DNA from: Octopus sinensis | Taxonomy: Eukaryota | DNA length: 64,000 nucleotides | Reading direction: 5' to 3' | Assembly: GCF_006345805.1 (NCBI RefSeq) | Contig: NC_043004.1 | Location: 868,001-932,000 of the forward strand | Shown here: in pieces, positions 25,732 to 39,988 of the stretch | Numbering within the stretch: position 1 is the stretch's first letter | How the letters are laid out: the number at the start of each line of letters is the position of its first letter | The notes under the pieces: generated by a model | Seen by the model: only the letters and a program-made list of their open reading frames with translations | Told to the model about the DNA's origin: nothing | Database searches by the model: none | Program-made: the position numbers and the translations under genes

Positions 25732-27866
25732 GGAGTGGGCAACAGCAGGTATGGCGTTGCTTAATATGGGTGGAAAAAAAGATGAAAAGAACATTCCACT
25801 GATATTGAGCATCTGTATCCCTATTTTTGCCCACCCTTATCTGTATGTGTGTGTGTATATTTGGGGAAAGCTGATGATTCTCTTCGTTACTGCGACTTAA
25901 TTTACCTATTATGCTGTTATTGTTCAGACAACGGAAATGTTTATCTTTTTCGTTGCTGAAATGATGATGACACTCAGGGGTTGACTCCCCGAGTTGTGAT
26001 AGCAGGGATCATCAGCCCCTTCAGAGTAAATAACTTCCACAGCATTGCATCGAGTGCTCTCTCTCTCTCTCTCTTATTTGTAACCTCAAACATGCACGCA
26101 TACCCATATATATATATTATATATGTATGTATATATGCGTGTATGGCCAGACCTTCTTGGTTGCCCACCTACTAATCCAGTTTCTTCTCTCTCCAACATC
26201 AAACATTTTCAGTATATTTACCTGTCAATTAGTGTCTGCTCAATCTCTACCTCCTCCTTTTTTTCTTTCTCTCTCTCCGTCTTTCCTCTCTTTTCTTCCT
26301 TCCTTCCTTTTCTCTCTTCCTTTCCCATCTCCCTCTCTTTCCATCCCTCTTCTCCCCCCCCCCCTCTTCCATAACTGCCTCCTGCTCAACCAATGCTTTA
26401 CAACAAACAATTTCTCTGCTACCTAAACAAGTTTTAGTATATTTCTGTTTCTTTTATAGAAAACAAAACAAAGACTACATTAATTTCACTTTCACAAATA
26501 AAATGACTTTTTCTCTATCAATCTAAGAATATTTCTTAATACGGATATTCTTTAATATATTGTACATGCATGTCTGTGTGCACGCACACCTGCATATGTC
26601 TGTGTCTGTATGCACGCACACTTGCGTGTGTGTGCGTGCCTGTCTCTGTGTGTGTGTTGGTGTATTTGGGAGCAACACTGCTTTCAATGCGTGTAAATTT
26701 GAAAAGATAGTCACATGTTCAGTTGGTCAGATTGATAGCTTTCTAAACCACATCTGCACCCTTTTTAAATGTAACTGTTTCGGCTGATATTTGAAGTCTT
26801 GATATACATTGAATTTTAAAAGATTTTATTCAAAATTTGTGCCATCCAACTCTGTGTGTGCTGAGTCGGTCTGTTCAATGCCATTATAATAACAACTGTT
26901 ACCAGTGCCTTCTCAGGTGATAAAGCTGGTTGTTGTATTTACTTTTGTTACTGACATGAATTTCATGCATGGCTAATCCCTCATTTTTTTTCTCCTGAAC
27001 TTTTTTATGACTTTGTCAGAAGAATAAGATTAATGATTGGTTCTTTTTCAATCTCTGAGACAATAGAAAAGAAGTTATTTCTAAACCAAAGACCTGACCC
27101 AAATGCTTGCAACTGCACACATTCCGCTAAAAGCTGTGAAGGACCGGTGGCATTAATCTGGGTGATGCATTAATTCTGTCACCCAAGAACAGGAACTAAT
27201 TTCAGTATAGTGAGGAACGGACAATATTTGGTGTTAATAATTATTAACACCATAATCTAATTATAATTAGATTATGACTCAGTTTTGATGTAAAGAAATA
27301 GAAGAAAAAGTATGATTAATATACAATGGAGTTTATACCATTTGTCCCCTAAATATTGCATCCTCTGCAATGGATGTTTATATTGCATTTGGATGCAGAC
27401 CCACAGTGGTTCTTCAGGGAAATGCTTTATTACATTACATTAACACTGATCAAATTGCTTATGTTTTCTCTGTACATTCTACTAAGTATTTCTACTAACC
27501 ACACTGATTTAGCAGAAGTGGACTGGATGATGTTACCCGACGTGCAGCTCCAAATTTACCTGTAGCAGTCCTACATCTAACTGTACACATGCAGGAAACT
27601 ACCGAAGAAATGTACTAATACTTTAGAGAGGCTTAACTTTTCATTAATCAACTGGACTTATGAGCATCTTATCATATATGCATATGTATATATGTGTTTG
27701 TGTGAATGTATATATGAATATATATGTGTGCGTATGTATATATACATACATACACACAATATATTCATGAGTGTGTGTATATAAATTATCATTTTGTTTT
27801 TGACATTTATTTATTTATTCAAAACTGAATAGGTATTATGTTTATTCTCATTTCTCACTCTTTCTT

Positions 27867-27909
<43 letters not shown>

Positions 27910-29009
27910 TATATACATACATACACACATGTATACATATATGTATACATACATATATATATATATGTGTGTCTGTATTTATCCCTATTTTTTTTTTACA
28001 TGTAATAAAATATCCAAAAATATTTTTCATTTCAGAAAAAGAAAAAAAAAATTCAGTTTTGAAATTAGTTCTGTAATTGAAAATAAATTTCCTATCAAAT
28101 TTTTTTTTAGGATGTCTGAAAAATTAATTCCTCTTCAGTACTTAACTAATGAAAATGGCCTTTTACCTTTCAGTTCTGGTTGTTTGACTAGGTTTTACAA
28201 TGTCCGCCCTTGCGGACATGTTTAACTTTAGTTACTCTTTAGTTATTGGATATTTTTGTTTCAAATATTTCAAATAAGGTCAGCAGTTTTGGGGTAGGGG
28301 ATAGTTGATTTCATTGACCCCCCCAGGGTACTCATTTTGACCCTTAAAGGGTGAAAGACAAAGTTGACTGCATTTTGTCCCGTCTACTATTGATTCTACC
28401 AGTTTGCTGCCTTATGACCATAAATTAAATATCAGTTTCAAATTTTGGCACAAGACCAGCAATTCTGAGATGCAGAAAAATTGGTTATATTAATCCCAGT
28501 GCCCAACTGGTACTTGTTTTTACTGACCTCAAAAGGATGAAAGACAAGCCAACCTTGGCAGAATTTGAACTCTGATTGTAGTGATGAGTGAGATCCTGCT
28601 GCTAACGAGCCAGCTCGCCCACCTAAAGTATTAATATTAGGGAGTGAGCTGGCAGAATCGATAGCAGACCAGACGAAATGCTTAGCAGCATTTCATCCCC
28701 TTTTACATTTTGGGTTCAAATTCCATTGAGGTCAACCTTGCTTTTCATCCTTTCGGTAAAACAAGTATTAGTTGAGCTGTGGGGTCGATGTAATCGACTT
28801 AACCCCTTCCCCCAAGTTTCTGGCCTTGTGCAAACATTTGAAATCAATATTAGGAAATACTGAATGGGTTAAAGATCAAGATCATGTTCCACTTGATTGA
28901 AATTTGTTACTGAATTCATTTTTGAATTTGCCAGAAAATGGAAATGAACATTGTCTTGTAGCTTGGTCATTCATTGTTCATCCATTTCCTTCACCTGCTA
29001 TCTTTAGGA

Positions 29010-29330
29010 GGGTCCTGGCAGTGGTTGGAGTGTATAGTCCTCAGGTCCCTCCTCTATAGGGTTATATCAGAAACAACCATCATTACCGTTTCCTGTTGGA
29101 TTCCCAAGCCTGACCAACTAAGACTATGAATATCATCCAACCATCTCATTCTTGGTTGACCCCCAAGGTCTCCTGCCATTTGGTACAGCTTGAAGAATCT
29201 GTCTTGCAATTCTTTCATGCAACATTCTAATTACATGGCCGTAGTACCAGAGCTGAGAAATTCTTTCAAAAGACAAAATAATTGTTGTCTCTGATTTGAA
29301 TTGAAGACATGACTCTACATTCCTGAAAGA
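29010..29330 (-). mobile_element. RTE-like LINE 3' remnant
   Basis: SQLWYYGHVIRM...ERIARQILQAVPNGRRPWGQPRMRWLD. Confidence 0.7.
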
Positions 29331-31391
29331 ACACCACTTTTTTCACAGTTTTTATTCTTCCAGTTGAGCTGTGGTATTTCTATTGTAACAGTTCTTGTTT
29401 CATTACAGACTAGCCATGTTGTGAATAATTATTCTTAATGTTTTTATTACTAGCAATAAGAAACCAACAGTGGTGGTATGTAATCATCATCAACATCATT
29501 TAATGTATTGGATTGGACAGTTTGACAGGAGTTGGCAAGGCTGAAGAGATGCATCAGGCTGTAATTGTTTGCTTCAGCATAGTTTCCAAGGCTGGATATC
29601 CTTCCTAATGCCAACTACTTTACTGAGAGTACCAAGTGCTTTATGTGTGGCACCAGCACATGAGTCAGTAAGAGAGCCGCTATATGGTTACTCTTTCTAC
29701 TAGATATATCATTCCAAATCACTTCAAACTGTCATCATCATCATCGTTTAACGTCTGCTTTCCATGCTAGCATGGGTTGGACGATTTTGACTGAGGGCTG
29801 GTGAATCAGATGGCTGCACCAGGCTCCAATCTTAATTTGGCAGAATTTCTACAGCTGGATGCCCTTCCTAATGCCAACCACTCCGAGAGTGTGTCTTAAT
29901 AATTTAAAATATGAATCGGTGGATAATGTAATCCATGATACATTGTCTGACAAAAAGATGGATGGTCATGGAAGGAATGTATTGCTCATGAGTGTTTGAA
30001 TAGAGCTGATGAAAAGCTTAACAACACAAGGAAGTTCATTATTGAAGTCGTTGAAGAATATAGATTCAGCCAAAGGTGAAATATAAGGAATTTGATTTTG
30101 TTGTTTTCTTCGTTTGTAAATAGAATGGGAATAGATTCTCTACTCACAAATCAGTTTAACTGAAAAGTCTGAGTCAAAAAAACAAAACACAAGAAAATAA
30201 ATTAATTTCAATTTAGGCATCAAAAATGGTAACTGAAATCTGAAGTGTTGTGGAAAAGAAGTGACTAATGTTCTACAAGAGGTGGTAGAATATTTGCGTG
30301 TATATGCGTATGTGATTGTACATGAATATCATCATCGTTTAACGTCCGCTTTCCATGCTGGCATGGGTTGGATGGTTTGACTGAGGACTGGAGAGCCAGA
30401 AGGCTGCACCAAGCTCCAATGCGATCTGGCAAAGCTTCTACAGTTGGATGCCCTTTCTAACGCCAATTATTCCGAGAGTGTAGTGGGTGCTTTTACGTGC
30501 TACTGGTACATGGGCCAGTCAGGAAGTTCTGGCAATGACCACGATTGAATGTTATTTTTTACGTGCTGGTAAGGTGACGCTGGCACTGGTGGCTGGCAAC
30601 GATCTATATATTTGATTTTATGTAACTGTGTAGCATGCAAGTGAGTCTGTATAGCAAGTGTCATGCATGTACGACACAACAAATCAAGTAACATTTGAAG
30701 TTGGAAAGTTAACAATTTATGCTCTCAGTATAGGATTGTGTGTTCTGTGAGTAGAATGTTATATTCTCTCAACAGCATGTCTATGATATTCTGTAGTTGA
30801 AGTTCATAGAAGGGGTTGTGGTTTCTTGCAGCACTGCATGTCAAAAAGGCTGCTAGTTGAAAAGTCTCATCACTAAGTTGTATCTGGTTCTTAGGCTGTG
30901 AGAGGCTGGTTGGCTGCTGTGTTACTGCTAAAGCAACATACTGATCAGTGATTGGTTGATGTGAATTCCATTAAATTAATTTGACTGTTGAATAAATCTG
31001 CTCGTGCTTGATCACATTGCTGGTATGGAATGTAGTTCAATTTTTATCAGGTGTACAAAGATGGTATAAAATCCATATAGATAGTACTGAAAGTGGTGGT
31101 TGCCAGTGCTGCCTGACTGGCTCCCATGCCAGTGGCACGTATAAAGCACCATTCAAGTGTGATCGATGCCAGTAACGCCTGACTGGCTCCTGTGCCAGTG
31201 GTAAGTAAAAAGCACCCATTACACTCTTGGAGTGGTTGGTGTTAGAAAGGGCATCCAGCTGTAGAAACTTTGCCAGATCAGACTGGAACCTGGTGCAGCC
31301 TTCTGGCTTGCCACCCCTGAGTCAAACTGTCCAACCCATGCTAGCATGGAAAGCAGATATTAAACGATGATGATGATGATGATGAAAAGTA

Positions 31392-32127
31392 TTAGGGATG
31401 CTGAAAAGAATGTAGCAGCATTTCACTTAATAACTTCAAGTCAGCATAAAACACATCGTAAATATATTTATTCATTCAAAATATAATGGCCTTCGTTAGT
31501 AATAACGTTTCTCCACCTCAAAACTAGTTTTCCATTTCAGGTAAATCCGACTCTTCTAAAGAGAAAAATGTTTGGGGGACTGTTTCAACACTATCCCTTC
31601 TGAATGTTCTTCCATTGGTAAAGCATTGCAGTGACCCCTCCCCATCAACCAAAAAGTGAAAAATCTGATGGTGCTTGGTCTGGTGAGGTACATCTTCCTA
31701 GCCTAATGAATTTATCATTTCTTGGAATATCTTGTTGGATGCATTACTTTATTCTTGGACCACAGCTTCTGAGGTACTCCCCTTCTCTATACACTTTCCT
31801 AATCTACTTGAGATAATCTTGCACAGAGGATCAAGGCTTATTAAACCTTCGGGATAAGACTCAACACTTGCACCACCAGAATATACAGTACATACACGTA
31901 CCATTGCACATGTTACATTGTTGTTCTTACAGAAGCTGTAAAGCATGCAATGTCGAATATGTACTCCACTTAACTCTTCATCTCTCAAAAATTATCAGAG
32001 TGCACACACACAACAAGTATCCACATTAACTATGCTGATTGGGTGGCAGCAAGGACACTTTTTATTGGCTTGTAAAATATCTGTGGCAGAGTATTTGCTA
32101 GAATATACGTTACTTTACAGTACCCCT

Positions 32128-32129
<2 letters not shown>
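31392..32129 (-). mobile_element. Internally deleted mariner remnant
   Basis: ELSGVHIRHCMLY N-terminus, SPDxAPSDF-like motif, WRNVITNEGHY C-terminus; degenerate TIRs TTAGGG(A/G)T(G/A)CTG. Confidence 0.7.
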
Positions 32130-32186
<57 letters not shown>

Positions 32187-32196
32187 GAGATATATA

Positions 32197-32510
32197 GTAC
32201 TACTAGCGCGAACAGTGGTCCCGGTGTGCGCACTCGCGCATCCGCACTAGTTAGTCGTAAGTAGTCTATATTACAACGACTTGCGCATATGTTTGTATTT
32301 CAAGGCTGAATACATATCAAAGAAAATTAAATAATATTTTTCGAACAAAGGAAATAAAACGCAAAGTAAATAATTTTTTAAACTAAGTAAATAAATTATT
32401 TTTATAAACAAACTAAGGTTAGGGTTAAAAAGTCTTAGGATCGACTACTTACGTCTAGCTAGCGCGGATGCGCGAGCCCGCGCACCGGGACCACTGTTCG
32501 CTAGTAGTAC
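32197..32510. mobile_element. MITE with ~70-bp GC-rich TIRs inserted in (TA)n
   Basis: GTACTACTAGCG(CG)AACAGTGGTCCCGGTG...GTAAGTAGTC at both ends in inverted orientation. Confidence 0.85.
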
Positions 32511-33021
32511 CTATATATATATATATACACATACATCATTCCATCGTCGATTAGTTGTCAATTATTTTCATCTTTCGTCAAGAAGTAAACAAGTCTTATT
32601 CTATGGAACGACATCGATGACATAATCTCTATAATACTTAAAATGTAATTCTGCTCCTGTACTATATCGTAAGTAAATCTTTAAGAACTCGTAATACACA
32701 GCCTTGTTTTCGTATCGGAGAAAGGTACATATAGAAGGACTTGAACCCACGGAGCTTTCCTACTAAGCTATTGATTTGAAAATATCAACAAAGATAGTTT
32801 ACGAATATTATAAATGTTGTGTATAGTTAGAGCCATGGCCGTTGCAGAACAATAAAAGTAATATTAGATAAGAATCAGACTGGAATCGACTTCATTGTTG
32901 TGTTTAACCCCAGGTCAGACTTGATAGTTCATAGCAGTGGTACGTAGGCAGTCAGTCGAAAAAAAAAAAACTGTGATCAATAGATCGATAATTTTAGACC
33001 GGTGGATTCCCCCCCCCTTAC

Positions 33022-33100
33022 CTGGCTGGCGACGTCCTCATGTGGTTGTTGCAAACTCTCTCAAAAGGGGACGACAAATATTAAGTGGGCGATGGGTGTT
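33022..33100 (-). other. Possible first exon of an unidentified minus-strand transcript (ATG AGG ACG TCG CCA GCC AG|GTAAGG)
   Basis: Consensus donor AG|GTAAG 20 nt after an ATG, in a CpG-retaining region; no recognisable protein. Confidence 0.3.
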
Positions 33101-33190
33101 GAGAGGAATCACGATTTTTCGAAGAAATAAAATATTTAGATTATGTGCAATACTTATTATATCTTGAGCATGTAACTTTTTTTTATTATT

Positions 33191-33577
33191 TAACTAGCAG
33201 TATCGCCCGGCGTTGCTCAGGTTTGTAAGGGAAATAACTATAAAGCATTTTTAGAGAGTTATAGCCAAAAAATAGCAAAAAAATGGAAAAAAAATGATGG
33301 TAAATTTTTTTGAGAGTTAAAACAGGTGGAGTTGCGTCCCCTAGACGGTCTGTGGTTTGGGTTTCTCATTCTCGACCCCATGTCGAATTTATCGATTTTT
33401 TTCAGAACTGGGGGAACTTTTCAAAATTTTCGCTGCGTTAGTTTTGAATTATGACATTGGGCTATGTGTGTGTCAAGTTTCATCAGAATCGGTTGAAAGC
33501 CGTGGTCAGAGTGAGGGTACGAGAAAACAGACACACAGAAAACGCACAGACAAACTGCCGTTTATATAGAGAGAGAT
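33191..33577 (+). mobile_element. Non-autonomous Helitron/Helentron-like (HINE-type) element
   Basis: 5' TAACTAGC...GCCCGGCGTTGCTC hairpin; AAGTTTCATCAGAATCGG core; 3' TTTATATAGAGAGAGAT. Confidence 0.65.
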
Positions 33578-33779
33578 GTCAGGATTTAGAAAATGCAAAG
33601 CATATTACCAGTGAGCAAGAAAATTGATTGATGATGCCCCAAGACCCTACATATTTTCATTATATAAATCCCCACCTTTTTTTTAGTAATTTCATTAAAA
33701 AATTATCCGAGGAGCACTGGTCCACACAAAATCTAATAAGCGGCATACAGCAAATGGGATAGTTTGATATATATGTATA

Positions 33780-33823
<44 letters not shown>

Positions 33824-36311
33824 ATTGATAATAAATCACCTATCTGGTTAAAGTAATTTTTTCCTCTGTAAAACATGAAGAGGGTTGTTTGTAAACCGCC
33901 ATTTAGTGTAAGAGAGGCGCTGTTCCAAGAAGGAGTGAGAATCGCATCTCTGAATATACCTTGCCCTCTACTTTCTCAGCTTACATATTGTGTGGAAGAG
34001 AAGTCTTGTAGTTGAAGAAGAAACTCTCATCAGTGACAAATTCAATACGAGACCTTAGATTTTCCCCTTCTCTTACCAACTTCTAAATAACATATTCCAC
34101 TTCGCCGACATTTTTGTAATTTCAGTATTCTCACCCACAAAATACAACAACTTTACCGTCAACTATCTCTTATGAAATCCAATTAACTGTTAAGGAAATA
34201 ACATTAATCGATACAGTTTATATACCGTATCAGGTGTAGAGGTGTAGAAGGGAAGATAGCGAAACGGAGTCACTCCGGAGTGCAGTTGTTAAGCGGGTAT
34301 GCTCTGGTTTACTTATATTTGTATATAATTTGTTAAAGAAGCAGTTTCTTGTCAGGCCATTCTAAGGTTGTATTCAACATTATTCTCTCTCTCTCTCACG
34401 CACATACATACAGACAGAGGTCAATTCAAACTCGATGCACTGTTCTATATTACCAGTTAAAAACTGTAACGAAATGGTCAGTGTGCTATACTAATTGGTC
34501 AAATAACAGTGGCTCAAAACTCTGTCGTCCGCAATAATTTATTATCTCGCCTAAGCAGAATGTCATGGCCATTGCATGGTCGATGTGTAGCCAAACTGGA
34601 CAGGCTTCATCGATACTTTTAAACACTAGAATGTTTTTATAAAACTGCTTTGTGTCAGAATCATTTCCCCCTTTTTGAGTTGTGCTTCAAGATAAGTGAA
34701 TTAAATTACGATTTCCATATATAAAAATAGTGATTATTTTAATTTCATGGTTGAATAGTTAGGATCTGGCAAAAAAAAAAAAAATGATCTCGAAAGTTTT
34801 CTAATCTGCCACTGCGACATGAACGTAGCTTAACGATAGCAAAGGTAAGGGAGATAACTCCAGATATAATTTAAATACGTACATTATCGGATAATTTCAG
34901 ACCTATTTAACATTTCACTTTTATAACCATAGTTTTTAAAATGTAAGCCACCCCCACCTCCAAAACCTCGTAAAAAATTACACACGCACAAATGAAATGT
35001 AAAATTGACTTCAGCGGGATTCGAACTCACAGAACAGAGACCCGGATTGATTATGACTGGGTTTTCTTTATCTACCGCTCAAACGACGCTGCCCACCGCC
35101 AACTTTATACATTGTATATATTCAATGAAACGCATCATTGAAGGAACCTCTGTGTGGTCAACTCATCTGTTAGAAATAGCAGCGAAATCGCGCTAACTTT
35201 ATCACGCTTCACGAAAAATGAGGTACACATTGGACAATGTTGTGCTGAGTATAGAAAATCGACGGGATGGTTTCGGCTGGAACACTTTTGATCGAAAATC
35301 TGCTCATTCAATCCTGAATTGGGACTAAACAGCCACTAAAATACGGTCAACAAAAAGCGTTGATGCGAGAGCTTCTACAGAGTCGTTCGACCTTCTAGAA
35401 ACAGCAGTTAAATCCCCCTCAAATTACACGTTAGTGTTTTGAAAAGGAAATACTTTTGATGCTAGAGACCTGAACGCGCAATGTAGAAGAAATAGACGTT
35501 AGAGTTTTTGCAAAAAAATATCTTTGATCATAGGTCCTACCTAGAGCAAATTCATAGACTCATGTAGGGAAATAAAATATGAGTTCGATTTGTTATCGGA
35601 CATTGTACGCATCTACTCTCCTTTATCACTGATGCTTGGTTATTAAAAAAAAAAAAAAAGCAGAAAAGCTTTACCGTATAAAATGAATTAATGATTAACG
35701 AATAATAAAACATACTGGGGGGATAGGTTTCGTTGCGGGACCCCAAGTTGTTCTGAGCTTTATGGATGGTCGTTGGGCGTAATTTTAAGGTCCAAACAGA
35801 ATCTTTAACTGATCACCGAACCGTGTTATCATGGATCAATTCGTGATAAGTGTATTATGGTTCACAGTTAAGCCTACGTACCGTATTACTCTTTTACTCT
35901 GTTACTTGTTTCATTCATCTGACTGCGGCCTAACTGGAGCACCGCCTTTCAGTCGAACGAATCGATCATAGTACTTATTCTTTATAAGCTTGGTACTTAT
36001 TCTATCGGTCTCTTTTGCCAAACCGCTAATTTACGGGTACATAATCACACCAACATCGGTTGTCAAGTGACGGGGTAGGAATATATATATATATGTATGT
36101 ATATATTCAGAGTGTGCCAGAAGTTGCGCACCACCCTGTTTTTTTTTAAAGTATACACCCTTATTCAAAAACACTTGATTGAAATTAATCGTAACAAATG
36201 CTCCAATTGAGCACCCTTTACAATAAAACATGCAGAAAAAATATAATAAAATAAAATGCTTTAATTATTTTAAATGAAACCAGAATGGCGCGCGACTTCT
36301 GGGGCACCCTG

Positions 36312-36389
<78 letters not shown>

Positions 36390-36461
36390 CCTACCTACCT
36401 ACCTACCTACCTACCTACCTACCTACCTACCTACCTATCTATCTATCTATCTATCTATCTA

Positions 36462-36568
<107 letters not shown>

Positions 36569-37409
36569 CACGACAGGCTTCTTTCAGTTTCCGTCCACCA
36601 AATCCACTCATACCAAAATCCACTTTGGTCGGCCCGAGGCTATAGTAAAGGACACTGCCCAAGGTGCCATGCAGTGGGACTGAACCCGGAATCATGTGGT
36701 TGGGAAGCAAGCTTCTTACCACACAGCCACAAGTATAACAAAATTTAGTTGCAAGTGATCTTCGAAAACTTGTTTAGTTTTTGCTTCCTTTAAACTTCAA
36801 AACTGTTTCTGTCACAGACGTTGTTGTGGTAATGTGGTATGAGTTACCGCCCTTCAGGTCATCCATAATAACAGAAGTCTCAGATCGAAATCTTTCCAGA
36901 CAAAAAATATCTTGTCCTTTATTTTTGTATTTTTTATTGAGACTATTTGCTCAGATTTCTCTTATTTATATTTCCACCCGTTAAAAAAAAAAGGGATTTG
37001 TTTGAAAAATGTTGCGTTGCTGTTTCTAGCAGTTCGGGTGACCACATAGAGGCTCACGTATCATTATCCCTCTTGGCTGTTTGGATTCCAAAGCAAGTCA
37101 CCAATCAAAGGTAAATAACTCCGCTTCATATCAATACACAGTAACTGCTGAGTTATCTCCCATGAACGAGTTCCAAATGAAATATAAAAAGCGTGAGGTA
37201 TATTAGTTTTAAATTTCGGGATAAATTCACTAATTTCGGGGCTGAGGATAAGTCGATGACATCGAAATTAGTGTTTAACTGGTATTTATTTTATCGACTC
37301 CGAAAGGATGTAAAGCAAAATCGAACTGGACGATGTAGACGGGTTGTTTTCCCCTGGAATTTATATCGTTCTGTGAAACTTATGTATAATATTTATGTAC
37401 ACATTTACT

Positions 37410-37448
<39 letters not shown>

Positions 37449-37667
37449 CGTACTCGCACACACACACACACGTACTCGCACACACACACACACGTACTCG
37501 CACACACACACACACGTACTCGCACACACACACACACGCGTACTCGCACACACACACATTTTAGCGACGAAAATATTTTGACAAATTAAACTTAAATGTT
37601 GAAGTGAAACGAACGGATTTTGTGTGTTTCTTAAATGGCTTACAAACACCTTCCACGCTGCAATTGT

Positions 37668-37705
<38 letters not shown>

Positions 37706-37808
37706 TATATATATATTTCATTTTTCCCCCGGGGCCAGACTTGCTTGTTGTTCATACACCTGTCTTTGTCTTTTGCTTTTATATAAATTTCTTTTTATAT
37801 ATTAGCTA

Positions 37809-37847
<39 letters not shown>

Positions 37848-37850
<3 letters not shown>

Positions 37851-38033
37851 AGTATAGAAGCCATCTTATCATGGCTAACCACATTGGGGAGGGGGTGTTG
37901 CTGTAGCTTTATAGCCCCAAGAGATCTTCGTCTCTAGCTGGCTCTAGACACAATATCTGTGTGAAGATATAAAGCTACAGTAACACCCCCTCCCCAATGT
38001 GGTTAGCTATAATAAGATGGCTTCTATACTTTA
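37848..38033. mobile_element. MITE with ~65-bp TIRs
   Basis: TAAAGTATAGAAGCCATCTTAT...GTAGCTTTATA mirrored at the right end. Confidence 0.8.
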
Positions 38034-38271
38034 CATTATCGAGCGATTACTGTTTCAATCTCATTCTGAGATTTAATTATGCTTATATATATATATATAA
38101 TATAGATTAGAGATAAAACCACTATTATGCAACTCAAACATTAATAGACATAAACTAATACATAAATAACAAATAATGTATATATATATGTATTCTCTCA
38201 TTCTCTTATTCTCTTATATGTTTCAGTCCAATGACTGTGGCCATGTTGGAGCACTGCCATTGTAATCATCA

Positions 38272-39812
38272 TTACACTTTCCACCTTTGTCCGAGCGGCT
38301 TCTGGTGAAGGATGGACTTCAATGCTATTGCCCTCTTTTGAGTTTCTTGCTTAGATATTGGCTCATCCGTGATCTCGGCGAGCCAGAGGTGAAGTTCACG
38401 TTTGAAAACATCTACATTCACTCCATGGAGGCTCCTCAGATGCTTCGGCAGACAGTTAAACAGCTGTGGGCCCTTGAAACCCAAGCTATTGCAGTACATC
38501 GTCCTTGCCCGAGATGAAGCAGTCGGCACAGTGGGGACAGCACAGTGACGTTCTGTTCGTGGTCTTCTATAGCTCTATATTCCAAAGTTTGGTACCAGTC
38601 CTTCCATTATCTTCCATATATATATCCCTGCATACATCTCCCGCCTTCGTTCCAGGGAAAAGAGTCGCAACTCTTTGAATCTGTCCCAATAACTCAATCA
38701 TTCCATAGATGCAATTTTCTTTGTGTAATGTCGTTGGACTGCTTCAAGCTCTGCTATATCATATTATAAGGTGACCATAGCTGAGAGCAGCAGTCCAGGT
38801 GGCTGATATAAATGACTTCCATAGTGTCATCATAGTTTCTTGGTCCCTGGTCCTGAAGTTTCTGAGAATCCAACCAGCCAGTCTTCTGGATACTGCTACC
38901 ATTTTGTTGATATGTTGTGAAATGAGGCACTGTTGCTCATTTCTATTCCAAGATCACGCACCATATTTGATTCTGGGATCGTTGCTCCACTAGGTCCAAC
39001 GTACTGATGTCGTGATTCCTGAGCAGTGCTTAACTGGTAGCGGAGGGCCTGGAATTTACTTACATTAAATTGCATGTTGTTATCCTCAGCCCACGTATAG
39101 ATGGCATCTAGATCTTTCTGCAAGAGCATAGCATCAAAGGTTTCCTTGACTGACTGTGCGACTTTTGTGTCGTCGGCATAGCTGGTAAGCATGACTGCCT
39201 TTGTCACTGATGGCATATCCGATAGGGCTACCATGAAAAGCAGTGGCTCCAGCTCAGTGCCCTGGGGCACTCCACTCACTATTGGTGTCTTTGTGGAGAG
39301 AGCTCCGTTGGTTGCTACAGCTTGGCTCCTGTTCTTTAGGAAATCATGCAACCACTCTCCGACTTCACCTGTGATGCCGAGTCCCCGTATTTTGTGGCAT
39401 ATCATTCCATGGTCGACCTTGTCAAATGCCTTCGCAAAGTCGAGGTAAACCACATCCACTTTTGAGCAATTCATTAATTGCTTCAGTACCCAATCATAGT
39501 GTCGCAGAAGCTGTGTAAGACAGCTCGCTCCTTCCTGGGTGAAGACCATGTTGGGTGTCAGAGAGCAGGTCATTGTCTTCAAGGAACTCAATCAGTCTCT
39601 TCCTGACAATGCGCTCCATGACTTTACTGACGTGGGAGTTCAGGGAGACAGGTCTAAAATTCCTAGCCTCTGCCCTGCTTCCTCCCTTATGGATAGGGCA
39701 TATTATTCCCGCTTTTAGTTTTTTTGGGAGTTTCCCCATCCTGAGGGACTCCTGGAAAGGATTTGAAGCGGTCTAGCTAGAGCTCTTTTACATTTCTTTA
39801 GGAGGATTGCAG
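38272..39812 (-). mobile_element. Degenerate CR1/L2-group LINE (RT and C-terminus)
   Basis: IHKGGSRAEARNFRPVSL, YLDFAKAFDKVDHG, GVPQGT, YADDTKV, GPQLFNCLP; several frameshifts. Confidence 0.9.
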
Positions 39813-39912
39813 GGAATCCATATATAATAATAATAATAAATAATAAAAATTCTTCTCTTCTTCTTCTTATATTATTATTATCATTATTATTATTATTATT
39901 ATCATTATTATT

Positions 39913-39988
<76 letters not shown>

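Noticed and set aside
25240-25900. Long ORFs rich in YI/CV/HT (also 43782-44713, 41843-42311, 58034-58868 and 42-330)
   Set aside because: Translations of dinucleotide and tetranucleotide microsatellites; no coding signal
27229-27252. Perfect 24-bp palindrome TGGTGTTAATAATTATTAACACCA
   Set aside because: Short, AT-rich and isolated; no supporting context
31490-31570. Apparent minus-strand exon with a good acceptor
   Set aside because: All frames stop, and it is the C-terminal part of the mariner remnant 31392-32129
32725-32775. tRNA-like A/B boxes on the minus strand (and the SINE heads generally)
   Set aside because: No anticodon arm or acceptor stem; these are SINE-type remnants, not tRNA genes
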